Positions 1 to 12,927 of a DNA stretch of 64,000 nucleotides are shown here, one piece after another. The notes under the pieces are model-generated. The model saw nothing but the letters and a program-made list of their open reading frames with translations, searched no databases and had not been told where the DNA came from. Both the position numbers and the translations under genes were made by a program. Numbering within the stretch: position 1 is the first letter of the stretch; the number at the start of each line of letters is the position of its first letter. The stretch is from Selaginella moellendorffii (Eukaryota > Plantae > Lycopodiophyta), in the NCBI RefSeq assembly GCF_000143415.4, contig NW_003314324.1, positions 1 to 64,000 on the forward strand, read 5' to 3'.

Positions 1-882
1 AGTTTTGCAACCGACTGGACTGTCGCTCAAGTCCTCCAGCCAGTTGACGAGATTGAAAATGGCTTGTCCATTAGAGCTGCCTCCTGCATCCCGCCTACTA
101 CTCTTGCAGACTGGCTCTATGGACGCACCACCACAAAAAGCAAAGGCCTCCCTGTGATGTTCAGCGACGAAAAGGAGGGCGTTATCGTGGACTGGATTAA
201 GGAGCGCGTACGTTTGGGCTGGGCACTAACCATCAGGATGGTGAGCTCCAAAGTAGGCGAACTTGCCAACGCGAAAGGCCTCCCGTTCAAAAATGGTGTG
301 CCTTCCCGTGGGTGGTGGAGTTGCTTCCGTCGCAAACATCCTGGCCTAACTCTAAGATCAACCGAAACTGTGGAGCAGAGACGTGCAGCAACGATTGTGC
401 CCTGGACCATTGAGCCTTTCTTCCTTCGCTACCGTGCAGTGCTACAGCAAAGTGAATTCCCTGTGAGCCGGATCCTGAACTTTGATGAAACGGGGCTGAA
501 TTTCGGGCGAGAAAGAGCAAGGTTGTTGGGTACTTGCTCAGAGAGGCTGCACACAAGTCACCAGTATCGGATGCAACGAAAGAAAAAGAATTACCGTTGT
601 CGCAGCAATCCCGGCAGACGGCGGTCGTTTGCAAAAAAATTATATCTTCAAGGGGAAACGTCGGCAGATTGCGTGGATGAAGATTGTGAGCCTGAAGCTT
701 CCTTTGCAATGCGGATGAAGGCTGAAGTATTTGTCGAGTTCCTGGCACACATAGAGAATTCAATCGCTGGGGGTGTTTTTCTCCTTCATCCTCTTCTGCT
801 CATCTGTGATGGACACAAATCACACATTACTGAGGATGAATTGAGTTACGCAGCAGACAGGGGCATGGTTGATACAAGCTGA
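1..882 (+). mobile_element. Degenerate pogo/Tigger/Fot1-type (Tc1-mariner superfamily) DDE transposase fragment
   Basis: ORF 64-882 has an HTH-psq-like start (LSIRAAS), a CENP-B-type HTH (PFKNGVPSRGWWSCFRRKHPGL), NFDETG and LLICDGHKSH (first two catalytic Asp motifs of DDE_1). The middle looks frameshifted and the ORF is truncated near 870. Confidence 0.85.
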
Positions 883-2165
883 TGTGTCAGGAAAATATGT
901 TGGAGCCTAAAACGTGTGGTCTGCAAGCTGTGGGACTGGAAGGGGTAACCGGAAGTATTAGTGGGTATATTACTCATCTATAAAAGGTACTAAACTAAAG
1001 CTATTCAGAGAGTGTGACGAGGTAGTTTCTAGAAGTGATTTTCTGGCACTGACTGCTTTCTAATCGCTCAAGGATCTTGGCAACACAGTGTAGCTGTGTG
1101 ATAAATCCGGGGCCAAGGCCAGTGGGCTTCCCAAACCGTTATTGGGGAGTTAAACTATCCAGGTACAGGCGGAGCTTGGAGAGAGTTGAGCTAATTGATC
1201 TCCTCAAACTGGAGCTAACTTGTAACTGAAAATAGTTGTAACACCTTGTCTCTTGATCATAGCTGCTCGAACTCAATAACAAGTCCCTGAGTTAAAAATA
1301 TTCAACTGGCCTTGTTTCTTTCTCTTAACCTCATGGCGCGGTAAAGGCTCCAAGCATTTAGCTAAAATAGCCTCCTCCTCATTGCCACCACCTTTTCACT
1401 TTATACCTGATCAGTCTCAAATAGAAGAAGATCAATCCCGAGTGCTTCCTTCTTTATACTGAACAGTCTTGTAAAATGGTGCTTTCAAAAGTCTCATCTT
1501 AGTTCTCAGCACGAACGGCCTTGGGAGGTAACTCCTTTTCAGGAAATCCATCTCCCTTCCTCGACCCGATCAGCTCTGAGTTCTCTACTGTTCCTAACTC
1601 CTTACAAAGAAAACTAATTTTTTTAAAAAAGTAAAAATCAGGATTCTAGTTGTTTCCTCAAGACTGATACTTTACTTTCAGCATCACCTGTCTATTAAAC
1701 AAACTAAACAGACAGAATTTCAGGGGTCCTATACTCAACCGGAGTTTCTCAAATTCACAAAGTGTTCAGGGAACCTTTGCCTCAACTTGAAGCTCTGGAA
1801 TTTCTTAGAGTTGTTTCATGAGTTCCAAACTCAGCCGGAGCTCTGTTATTACTTCAGAGTGCCAGGCTAGTCCTGCTATGAGCCTCCACCAGAGTTTCTC
1901 TGGTTTCACTCTCAGACTCAACCAGCACTCTAAAATTATCTCAAACAGTCCAGGGAGTGGTCCACTCTAGGTCGCTTCAAGTGGTCCCAAGAGTCCCTAA
2001 GAGTCTGAGCTCAATCCCAGCATGTCCCGAGAGTTATAACTCAACGGATCATTGAGAGCATAATCTCAGACTGTCACGCAACTCAACCAGACCCCAACGT
2101 GTCCAAAGAGTCCCGCCACGTCAGCGTTCCACCAAAGCACTGTCCCGCCACGTCAGCGTGTCCTG
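883..2165. repeat. Probable LTR-derived/TE remnant interrupting the pogo transposase
   Basis: Non-coding. Has a TATA-like TATAAAAGG (~979), recurring CTCAA/GAGTT motifs, and an 18-bp direct repeat GTCCCGCCACGTCAGCGT at 2110 and 2142. Termini not resolved. Confidence 0.3.
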
Positions 2166-3250
2166 CTCGCCGCTTTTATCTTAAATATTATTTTTCTTAG
2201 TTTACTAATATTATCTTGCATATTCTCAAGAATTTATAGGTATGAACTAAGGTTTGAATTAGGTTTCTATTTAATGTCTTTTTACTTACAATTTCGTTTT
2301 AAAATAAATGTAAGAATAACAAACCTCTCAATGCATTAGCAGTGATAGTCATGAATTGATTTAATTATATAAGTTTAATATCATTTTTATAAAACTTAGT
2401 AAATTAATTCATAAGAAAAAGTATTACAATTGATTTATTAGTTAGAAAAATCAACATATATATATAACTAATTTTAATTACTGGATTGTGCTTTAGTTTT
2501 CTAAATGTATAACTATATTTACTAAACTATTACAAACAATTATAGGTTTTATTCTGAATGGTTTAAAATTTTATTTAAAAGTCAGAATGTTGTACTAGGC
2601 CCTCTTTCAAACCATTTAGTCAGCCACTGACAATGTACCTTCTACTATACTTTTACACAGCAAGCCTATCTCTTTCAACCTACGCTTAAAGCACTTAGCT
2701 ACGCTTCCAAAATTGACCTTAGCTAGCTGGCTGGAAGTGTCCACTTCCATGCAAATCTCTCTCACCCCACCTCCTCGGAAGAAATTCATTTAAACCACTA
2801 GGATAGTTGCAGTAGTAGATTGTTTAGCAGTTAGCTAAGTAGCTATAAGCAGTTCTTGCAAGCGGCAAGAAAAATTGGTGTTTATAACCTGTCGAGGAGC
2901 TATGTCTTCAACTACGCCAGAGACGTATTAACCAGCGTATCAGCGTACGATTCTACGGACGTGCTTTAGCACGTGAGACAGCAATCCCCCGCCGTCGTTT
3001 GTCGCCGTCAGAGGAGATGAGCAGACTGACGGAAAACTCGGTTTTGTTCCGTTTGGCTGATGTACATGCATGGTCACACCCATGCCAGGCTTTGACGCGT
3101 GGCATATGTCATGATGGGTGACGCCCATGGCCATGCTATATCTACCGTTGGATGGCAAAACTATGTGTGCAAAAATGGGTGGGAAAACTCTATTGCTGGC
3201 CGGGGAGTGTGGCATTCCAATCTCCTCTTTTGCTCGTCGCGCCCTGTTCT

Positions 3251-3269
3251 TAGGGTTTGGGGTTTAGGG
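3251..3269 (+). promoter_or_regulatory. Telo-box-like motif (TAGGGTTT) near the probable STICHEL-like transcription start
   Basis: TAGGGTTTGGGGTTTAGGG followed by a GC-rich stretch and a CAG|GTAATC donor-like site (~3354), consistent with a 5'UTR exon/intron. Confidence 0.35.
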
Positions 3270-4527
3270 CGAGGCGATCGTGCGCGCAGGCGCGAATGCG
3301 AGGGCGGCAGCGCGCGTGGGGAGCAATTCTTCGCGAAATCCTTCTGGCTTTCAGGTAATCATGAGGGATTCCATCGATTCTTGCTTCGTGCTGCCGCTGC
3401 ATTTAGAAATCGAGCTTGCTTTTCTGCGATTCCTTGCGAATCCGGTTGCTTTCGTAAGCTAGAACCTTCTCCTTTTGTTTTTTGTTCTGTGGATTTGCTA
3501 TATTTTTTTTTGCTTTGGTTGTTGCTCGCTCTAGCGCTATGACCAAGTACTCTCCTTTGTTGGATTCGAGCGATACTATGATTGATTAATATTTTGTTTT
3601 CTTGTCCACTCTAGTGCTTGGCATTTTTTGTATTCGATTTCTTCTTGGGCTGTCGGGGCATTGTCTTATACTTTACTCTTTCCTTCATCCCTGCGTTGCT
3701 TTTTTCTTCAACTTGCCGCCAAAGTCGTTTCACCAGTTAGCTTTTTTCCTCGCATCCAGAGCCCATCAAAGATTTCATATGTTATGTTTTCCAAGAGTGG
3801 GCTGCCTGTTCCCGGGAATGGTTTGTCTTTCCTCTCGCACGGATGCGGTGGATTTATGTGTGCAAGACGGGTTTCTGGGAGAGAAGGAAGTCAGTAACAT
3901 TCCCAACATTGAAAGCTCTCCCTGTGATTTCTTTTCTCCTTTTTGCGTTCCTTGACATTCGCGAGAATGAGATTCCTTTCTCTCTTCCTTCCTTCCTGTT
4001 CACCCCAGCTTGAACTTCCTCTTCTTGATGAAAGCCAGCTCATTGGAACGACAACAATCATTGTTCTTCCGCTTTGTACCTCGCTTCTTGTTTCCAGAAT
4101 TCATTAGCTTCGCCGCGCGCAGAGCCTACTCTCTGTGTGCATGTTTTGGGCATCAATATTGCTAGCTGGTTGGATACTTAGCCTGCCTGTGCGTTGTGCA
4201 TCCTTACATGGTCGTAGATAATGTTTCTAGTACCCATTGATTTCAGGAGAGTCCCTCTTGTGTGTTGTGAGTGGTGAGTGGATGCGTGTGTTGTCTTGAA
4301 AGCAAGCCGTGTGTAGCTATAGTAAGTGATTGAACGGGAAATTGCCGGAAGAAAGCATTGCTGCCGTAGAGAGACAGCATTACCAGAGGACGCACACCAC
4401 TGCCCAGTGGTGGAATCAGCATCCAAAGGCCCAAAAAGGCAGCATTTTGGAGGATAATAGATTCCTCATAGTGCATCATAAAAGCATTGAAAGGAGGAGC
4501 TTTGCTTGACCTGCCTGGGAAAAGAAA

Positions 4528-7500
4528 ATGTCTTGCATTTCTCTATCCAGGCTGTGCTCACCGAATTCTATTTCACTTGCGGCCTCACCTGATTCTGACT
4601 GTGATTCTTTGGTAATGGAAGGTCCCAGCAGATCCAATGCTACTGCTATCCCCGCTCCTGCTTCATGCATGTGTTTGACAATGCCAAGTAGAGCGTCCGC
4701 TGGAACAGGAAGTAGTCATGGATCTGAGTCTCGGTCGTCTCATCTGGACAAGCATGTGCACTTGACAAATTGTATTCATCTGAGAAATCGGTTTCATGTG
4801 CAGAGGCACAAGATGACGGTGGAAGCAAGACACCACCTGAGTGCCGGTGGAGTAGCAGCAGCGGGCCTCCCTCTGATGAGGGAACTTACAGCTCTCAGCC
4901 GAACCCGTTCGCTCAGGGACCCTTCTACCAGCTCCATCCTTAAGTCGCCGCTGATGAAAGGCTCCAGTCCAGGGGCACGGAAGCTGGAGCAGGCCTTGCG
5001 AGGTAAAGATAAGAGTACAGTAGCTACTGACCAGCAGCAGGAGCACAGGAATGACTCACAGACAGGAAGTAGTAATTTTGAGGCTAACAGGGGTGGAGAG
5101 TCTTACAAGTCGGCAGCGGTGTCCGAAGATCAAGACCCCTTGACCAAAGTTACAAAGCGAAACAGGAAAGTTCACCAGGATAGGTCCTCACTTGGCAGCC
5201 ATGGAAGTGGAAGCCTCTCTAGGAAGATTGTTACTCAACTCCAGCAGCAGCAGCAGACTTTAGCTACGAATGTACAGGGACAGAGCCCTTCTCCTCTGTC
5301 TCTGGGTGTCTACGACGATCCCAGCATTCTCCTCAAGTTCGCTGCTGGTCCTGCTGCTCCGAGAAGAAAAAGCAAGAATAACTCTTTTGAGAGTGATCCG
5401 GAAGCATCGGCCGAGGATGAGGTAGAGGAGAAGCAACAGGTCCAGAAAGTAAACGCAAGGTCCCGGTCACATTCTCCGTTGCTGTCGTCCAGAGATATTT
5501 CCAACAAAAGCAGGTCTCCAGTTGTCTCACGAGAAATTGCTAACACGAGAGCCTTCAGCTTCCCAGATCCCGGTCAACAGCACTACCACTATACAGGAAC
5601 CAACGAAGATGAGTTGGAGTGCTCGCAAGAACCAAAGCACGGGTGTGGGATACCGTGGAACTGGTCCCGTCTGGGCCAGAAACCGAAGGGAAAAGGTTTC
5701 CTCGACAGCACGGGTAAAATGCTTCGTCCGGAAGTTTTAGCAAGGAGGAAGGCTGGAGAGCATACTCTCTCAAGAAGCCAGTCCGAGTCAGGCCGGGAAC
5801 TCGCTACGGCTATGTTCCAGCAGGACTGTCTATCGTATTCTTCTGCCGGAAACTCGGACGCTGAGGCTCTTCCACTTTTGACAGAACCAGAGGCATCCGT
5901 AAGTGGTGACGTCGCTGCTTCGTCAGTAGAAGTTGACAGCGACAATGTCGTAGCGGCGAGAGGAGAATTAAACCCGAGGGGTATTTTAGCACCGAAAGGG
6001 AGGTCTCAAGTTACGACGGAAGCTCTCCAGGCAAGGTTGCGAGAACGGCTGGCCTGGATATCCGAGCGAAGGGTGGTAGAAGGTGGTGGCAGTGATTTTA
6101 GGCAGAACAAAAGCTTAAGCTACAAGTACCGGCCAAAGACGTTTCGAGACATGGTTGGCCAGAACGTGGTGATGCAGTCGCTCGCAAATGCGGTTCTTAG
6201 AGGACGCATCGTTTCGCTCTATCTGTTTCAAGGTCCGCGGGGCACAGGCAAGAGCTCCGCAGCTCGGGTTTTCGCTGCTGCTTTGAACTGCCTTTCCTCC
6301 GAGGAGCTCAGACCGTGTGGCCTGTGCCGGGAGTGCGTTGCGCTGAACCTTGGCAAGAGCTTGGACGTTCGAGAATTCGACGCCTCGAGATTCAACGGCC
6401 TAGGCAGCGTGAAGGAGCTCTTGGAAGTTGCGATTCTACCTCCCTCCTCTGGTCGATACAGGCTTTCGGTCGTGGACGAAGTTCACACTCTGACTGCCGA
6501 GTCGTGGAATTTCTTCCTGAAAGGCATGGAAGAGCTTCCGGGGAACTCGATCGTGATTTTGATAACGAGCAACCCAGAGCAGCTACCACGGACGCTGGGT
6601 TCAAGGTGCCAAAAGTATCCGTTTACCAAGCTCAAGGACCCGGACATTATCAGCAGGCTGCAGAAGCTGGCGACGAAAGAAAACATCGACATCGAGATAG
6701 AAGCTCTTGAACTCATTGCGTCGAGGTCGAATGGATCACTCAGGGACGCGGAAATGACCCTCGACCAGCTTGGCCTTTTGGGACAAGTAGTGACACTGTC
6801 TACATTGCAAGAACTTGTAAGTTAACGAGAGGTTAGTTGGCTGGTGGGCTGGAAAATTGATATAACGTTATACTTCTCCAGGTTGGGCTCCTTCCCGATG
6901 ACAAGCTGATGGATTTGCTGGATTTTGCTCTTTCCGGAGATACCGTGAGCACCGTAAAAAGTGTGAGAAATCTGCTGGAATCTGGTGTCGAGCCTCTCGC
7001 TCTCATGTCGCAACTAGCTACTCTTATCACGGACATGCTTGCGGGGAGCTACAAACCGGTTTTAACTCAACGAAAGAGGCGTTTTTTTCACAAAATTACG
7101 TGTGAGTCCTTCGTTTTCTTCTTGAGTTGATACTGACGTGCGTCTTTTTTTTATCAACAGTGAGCAAAGAAGACTTGGAGAGGCTACGACAGGCTTTAAA
7201 AATACTTTCTGAAGCGGAGAAGCAAGTCCGGGCTTCAAGCGATCAAACTACCTGGCTAACAGCTGCTATTCTTCAGTTCGCACCAGACCGAGCATATATA
7301 TTTCCAGCAAGTTCTAGCGGCTCGAGTGCGACTCAGAGTCTCGTTGGCAACGACACAAGCGAGAAAGAAACCATCGAATCAGATTCAGGAGCACTCAAGC
7401 AAGGGTGGGAACCGGAACACGAGCACTTTGAAAATCCGGTGGATGACACTGCGGTATTTGCAAAACCGGAGGTACCTTGGGCCAACAAGAGCTTGTCCAC

Positions 7501-8735
7501 TGTGCCGGAAGCAAGGATACACCCATACGTTCAAACGGCGTCCACCAACGACGGTATTGATGCAAGTTGATGATATCTATTTTCTAGTAACACCTATTCG
7601 CTGTCCTGCAGGACACGACACTTGTGCTTTTGATCAAAAAAGACTGGACGACGTCTGGCAAAAAGCACTGAAGAACAGCCGGTCCAAATCCTTGAAGCAT
7701 TTGCTTCGTCACGGAAAATTGATATCCTTATCGATGCAAGAAGGTACGCATCTGGCAATACAACATTTATCTTTCCTTGACAGCAGTGTCAATGCTGGAT
7801 GGCAGTGCAAGCTACGGTTGAAATCGAGTTCCAGCATTCCAAACAGAAGGCCAAGGCTGAAAAGTCAAGATCACGTATAAGCCATGCGTTTCAGTCGTCA
7901 CTGGGTTGTCCCGTGGAGGTTCAAATCAAACTGGCGTCAAAGCTACTCGAGCACGATAAGAAACGCGTTTCACTGCATCCACTTCGCGGTGACCATCTCC
8001 ACCGAAAGCCCGGTTTCGGTGTCAAGCGAGACGGAGAAACGTCACCAAGTCAACACTCTCAGCAGCGTCCTCAGGGAATCGAAGAAGAGCGCCTGGAAAC
8101 TGCCTGGGCTCGACAGAGCACACCATCGATAACTCCCTCGGATCCTTCATACTACTCGGCAGGGAAAGAATGGAGCTCGGCTCCACCCGGTAGAGCTCCA
8201 CTGGGCTTGGTGATCCAGCGACAGGGACCGACGCTAGCCAATCTCTCGGAGCGAGAAAGCCACAGCCAGGCCTCGCAGTACGATCTCAAGTTCCAGAAAG
8301 TGAGGCACCTTGGTCCGGAAGTTTTAACTCCAAGAGAAGCAGGCTTCGAGCACGCCAACCTGTGAGTTCCATTGTTTTAATTTTTTGGTTTCTCGTAACG
8401 CTTCCCTTGTTCCAGGAGGCTGGAATCCCGCACAAAGTCCAACCGGCGGCTACTGTGCTGCTGGCGATCGTCGCCAAGGTCAGACGAGGAAAAGCGACGC
8501 AGGAAAGAAGAGAAGAAGGTAACCAAGACCAATTCTAGTTTTGCTTTGCATTTCTCTAGAAGTTCTTCGCATGTTTTTTGTCATTCTCTCATTCTTTTCT
8601 TTTCCCACTTTCCAGGCAGCGAAACAAAGACGACGAAGGCGGCGGCGCGCGTGTTTCTTCATGAGAATCGTCCCGTGCGCTGGGAGCCACGGCTGCAAGT
8701 CACTCTGCGCCTTCACACGCCAGCACGCCGCGTGA
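4528..8735 (+). CDS. STI: STICHEL-like (STL3/4-type) protein, DNA polymerase III gamma/tau / RFC-like AAA+ ATPase; 7 exons
   Basis: Motifs HLTNCIHL, RSLRDPS, CGIPWNWS, SLSYKYRPKTF, Walker A GPRGTGKS, C-x8-C-x2-C Zn module, DEVH, SRC, GSLRDAE and C-terminal LRLESR..LLC.W. Exons deduced from GT-AG sites: 4528(or 4681)-6816, 6882-7101, 7161-7553, 7612-7743, 7806-8361, 8416-8518, 8616-8735. Start codon is uncertain. Confidence 0.92.
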
Positions 8736-10211
8736 GCGCCACGTCACCGCACGTCCGCCACGTCACAGGGGAATCTGCCATGTCGGCCCGTCCGTACGGG
8801 AGGGGGAGCAGCCCGTACGATCCTCCGAGATACTATAGCTAGCAAAGTAGTTGTTTTTAATTCTTTCCTTGTGCCAAGCCAAACAAAACATGGTCGCATT
8901 CGTGCTGCGCCATCACATCGCACTCAAAGTCGAAATCCCTCTGCTGCTCGTGGATCAAGCTTCCTCCAGGCAAGTGGTGCTTGGGCCGTATGGCCAGAAA
9001 TCAAATCTTGGTGGGCAGTACCAATACGGCAGGGGTACGGCCCGTACGCCCAGCCTTCCTCAAGTGGCGGAAGGTGAGCCATACCAAACCTAGGCCATTA
9101 GTGCATTTGACTGGCAGTGGTACTGGAAATATGCCGCCCTTTCGCTTGAAAATTCTTTTCCATAAGAAAGCATTAACAAAAGAAAAAGTTGGCGGCCGTC
9201 CGGACTCCGCCACCTTTTCTTTTGTACATGATTTGTTTGATATAGTTCTTCTTTCCTTGGTATTATTCCTCTTCCAAGGCTTTGCGGATTGAATCAAGAT
9301 GCCTCCGCCGCGTCTCGTTTTAAAAAAAAAAAGGGAAAATAACGGGGAAAAGGATCTTCCCGGAAGCTTCGCCGTATAAACCCTAGCTAGTCCCTCCCCC
9401 GGAAAGTGGGAAATGGAAAGGGACCGACCGGGCTGGTGGTCTATTTTGACGGGTTCCACGTTGCCGGGTAAAAAGAAGGTTAAATAAAGGGAAAGTTGAG
9501 GCTAGTCCACGTGTACTAGGGCGGTGGTGGTGGTCCTCGTCGCAACGTCACCGCCAAATAAACGGGACGGTCACCTGACCGCCGTTGGATCCACCGAATC
9601 AACGGACGGATGCGCTGGGTAGCCGGAGCGGAGATGTTGCCGGTGGGTAATTTTCAGTGTCAATGTCCTCCCTTCTCTTTTTGAAAAGCATGAAATTTAA
9701 ATTGTTTTTCCTATACCATGTAAGCTACATTTTACCGCGCACATGCCGTGTTGACCTTGGGGTAAATATCGGACGCCCTTGCCACGTCACTTGCCGACAT
9801 GCCGAGCCAAGCAGTCGCGTGTCGCGTTAATAGCCGTTGGATCTGGATCGGGCGGTCACCCTACTCCACCGGTGGAATCTTCGCGCGGCGAAACGATCGA
9901 AAAAGTGTGTATTTCTTTGGTTCCACAGAAATAGGCTAAAATTTAACCAGTTTTGGTAGTAGGGTTGTGTCGCATTTTTCTTGCCGAAGAGTGGGGAGAG
10001 ACCGCCATCGTTCTACAGGGTTGTTTTTTTCCTCTCTTTCTCTTGCGAGGGCTCCTCGCGCGGCGCCAGGAAGAACAGTGATTCTGGAATGCGGCGACCA
10101 GACGCCAGCGATTCCGGAGGAAGAGGAGGAGGTGTTTGTCGCGGCGCGCCTTGATTTCGAGCTAGTTTCTTTCCCTCCGATCCGCGCGCGCTGCCGATCG
10201 ATCCAGCCGAT

Positions 10212-10372
10212 TGGATCGATATTTCGTAGGTCTGGTGCTTCCAATCTCCTTGCCGCTCCTCCCTTGCTTCCAGGGAGAGATTGGGATCGATATTTCGGTG
10301 CTTCCAATCTTCTTGCCCCTGCCGGGAGAGGTTTGGATCGATATTTCGGAGGACTTGCCAAATCTTCCTCTT
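10212..10372 (+). repeat. Three imperfect ~50-70 bp tandem units upstream of the LBD ATG
   Basis: GGATCGATATTTCG occurs at ~10213, ~10284 and ~10335, each followed by a (GGTGCTT)CCAATCT.CTTG-like segment. Confidence 0.8.
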
Positions 10373-10438
10373 GGCCGAGGGAAGATCGAGGTAGATAGAT
10401 AGATTGTCGCTGGAATTGCGAGACCATTTTTCCACGCG

Positions 10439-11623
10439 ATGAGCTGCAACGGATGCCGGGTTCTTCGCAAGGGATGCAGCGATAGCTGCGCCTTGAGGCC
10501 GTGCTTGCAGTGGATCGAGGGCGCCGAGGCGCAGGGCCACGCGACGGTGTTCGTCGCCAAGTTCTTCGGACGAGCGGGGCTCATGGGCTTCATCGCCGCC
10601 GTCCCAGAGAATCAGAGACCAGGTAAGCCTCCTTCCCTCCCTCCCAAGTCTTTGGACCCCGCGATGGAATCATGACTTGCATTGTCTGGATTGGTTTTGG
10701 CAGCTCTCTTCCGGTCGCTCCTCTACGAGGCCTGTGGAAGAACAGTGAATCCCGTCTATGGCGCAGTGGGCCTTCTCTGGTCGGGCAACTGGCACGTCTG
10801 CCAAGCCGCCGTGGATACTGTTCTTCGCGGCGGATCGCTCAAGCCCGCTGGAAGCTCTCCATCGAATCTCCCCTGCTATGGCCCGATGCCAAATCTCCCC
10901 CGGCTCCACATCAAATCCGCCACGCCATCGCCATCCCCATCGCCATCACCACCGCAGCCCCCGGCCCCGGATCACCACAATGACGTGAAGCGTTTCAAAG
11001 CGCTCGACCACCACCACCACCACCAGAGCCAGGGTCTCGTCAAGGCCGGCGGCTGCGATGTGGGACACGTCACCCCGGGCGGGCGATCGGGGCCGTCGGA
11101 TCGCCCATCGCTGGTAGCTGTGAAGAGGGAGAGAGAGGAAGCGGCCGAGCTTGTTGCCCCTGTGGCGAGGAGGCCACGCGTCTCCCGCCCGGGGCTCTGC
11201 CAACTGGAGCCCATCTCCGCCGTCGATGAGGAGCTCATCGACCTAGATCTGACGCTCAGCTCGCACCCGCCAACACCGCAGCTGTTTTTGCCACCCCGCA
11301 AGAACAACGCTACGAACATCAGCTTGACGACCGCCACCGCCACCGCCGCCGCCGCCACCACCACCACCGCCACCCCCGCCGTCGCCATTCCTCGCGTGGC
11401 CAGCCCGGTTTCGTGTAGCAACTCGTTTAGCTCCGAGGGGTCTGTGACCAGCTTGGACACGGCCGATTTCATCGCCTCCAATTGCCACACCGTGGCCGCC
11501 ACCACCAGCGGCATCCCGGGGATGGATTTACTCCAGAGAATGGAGCGAAGGCAGCACCACCATCACCACCACCACCACCACCACTATGGTCACCATCAGC
11601 GCAGGGAGCTCCAGCAGCAGTAG
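10439..11623 (+). CDS. LBD: Class II LOB-domain transcription factor (LBD37/38/39-like); 2 exons 10439-10622, 10704-11623
   Basis: [42 protein letters not shown] spliced (phase-1 GT-AG, 81 nt) to [28 protein letters not shown]. Also an LDLTL EAR-like motif, SEGSVT and poly-His/Thr/Ala tracts. Confidence 0.95.
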
Positions 11624-12927
11624 AGCAGCCATGGAGCATGAGTGTGTGAAGAGGACTTCTCTTCTCCCAAATTTTTTGGATTTTTTTTTTTTCCTTCTTC
11701 TTTTTGGCAGTGATCCCCATCTGTCAGGTCCTTGAGCACTTAGCCTTCAGTCAGAGAACAGTCACACTTGCTTGTCATGCAAGAAAGGAAAAAGCTTTCG
11801 CCCAGAGGGACAGAGGGAAGAGTCCACCACCTTTTTTGGAGAGGAAAGCGGCATTGCCTCTATCTAGAAAGAACGAGAGAATTTTTTTTAGTAGTCCCAA
11901 GTGCCACGTCAACACCTTGTTGTCCACGTTATTTTTATTTTTATTTAATGTCACACTTATTCTAGCTCGCAAGATTTCTGGCCACAAGCTTGGAGGATTC
12001 GTGGAAGAACTTAATCCCTCCCCGATGTTTCTTCCCATTTTCATGGAGCTGGACGGAGAGATTCGAGGTGGCGGGGTTGAAGAGATGGTGGGTGGACGTG
12101 GCAACCGAACAATCTATAAGTCAAGATTTTGCGGGATTTTCTTTGACATATGGGAGGCGTGTAGCGACGTGGGGGCGAGGTTTGATCGGTCACGGGGGTG
12201 ATGATGCTGCTGCTACAAGTTTTTAGAGGTCACACGTTTGCAAAGTATCTGCATTTGTCACCCTGATAAGATTGTAATAGATCAATCTGTTCTTCCTTTG
12301 TAATTTTTCTTCCTTCTTTTCTTTTCTCTCCAAGAATCCGGGGAGCTTTTCACCTGTGGTGATGGAGCATTTGGACAACTCGACCATGAAGTCGAGGTTG
12401 CCTGTGGAATCCGCCACACTAAAATTTACGTCCTTGCGTGGTTAGCTGAATCTTTGTGATTCCGACAATGAGGGATTACTGGTAGGAAAATGTGACGGCC
12501 GTGTTGTCAAAGCTTTTGGACTTGGCCTTTCATCCAACAAGCTCAACAAAGTGACAAGCAACTCCATCGCCAGATTTATCAGCATTTCATGATCAAGCGG
12601 ATGCTTGCGTACCGTTCCTCGCAAGTGAAGAGCTTAATCTTTTCAATGGTTCGGTTTTCCTTGGTTGTTCAAGACAAGAATATAATCCGTGAAGGCATTA
12701 ACGAGGGAAATTCTACTTACAGAGAACAAGAGTTGGAAAAAACACAAAGTAGTTTCCGTAGCGCGGCTTCGTTCTTTTGATTCATACTAAAGCTCTAATG
12801 TTTTCAGCTGCTGGTCCCAACGCTACAAGGCCAGAGAACCTCCTTTGGAAGTTCTTTCTTCGACGGTCAGAAACTTCGACTGCTTCAATGTGATCAATCT
12901 TGGCAAACCTCAAACACAACTCCAACT

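Noticed and set aside
4528-6816. Bacterial dnaX acquired by HGT
   Set aside because: It is the known plant STICHEL family, with plant-specific flanking motifs and introns.
9650-9700. Nitrate-responsive element (NLP site) upstream of LBD
   Set aside because: The CTT...AAG spacing and TGAC half-site do not fit the consensus.
9936-11720. Long antisense/overlapping ORFs around LBD (and similar shadows over STI, gag-pol, esterase)
   Set aside because: Expected shadow ORFs of GC-rich coding and trinucleotide-repeat DNA.
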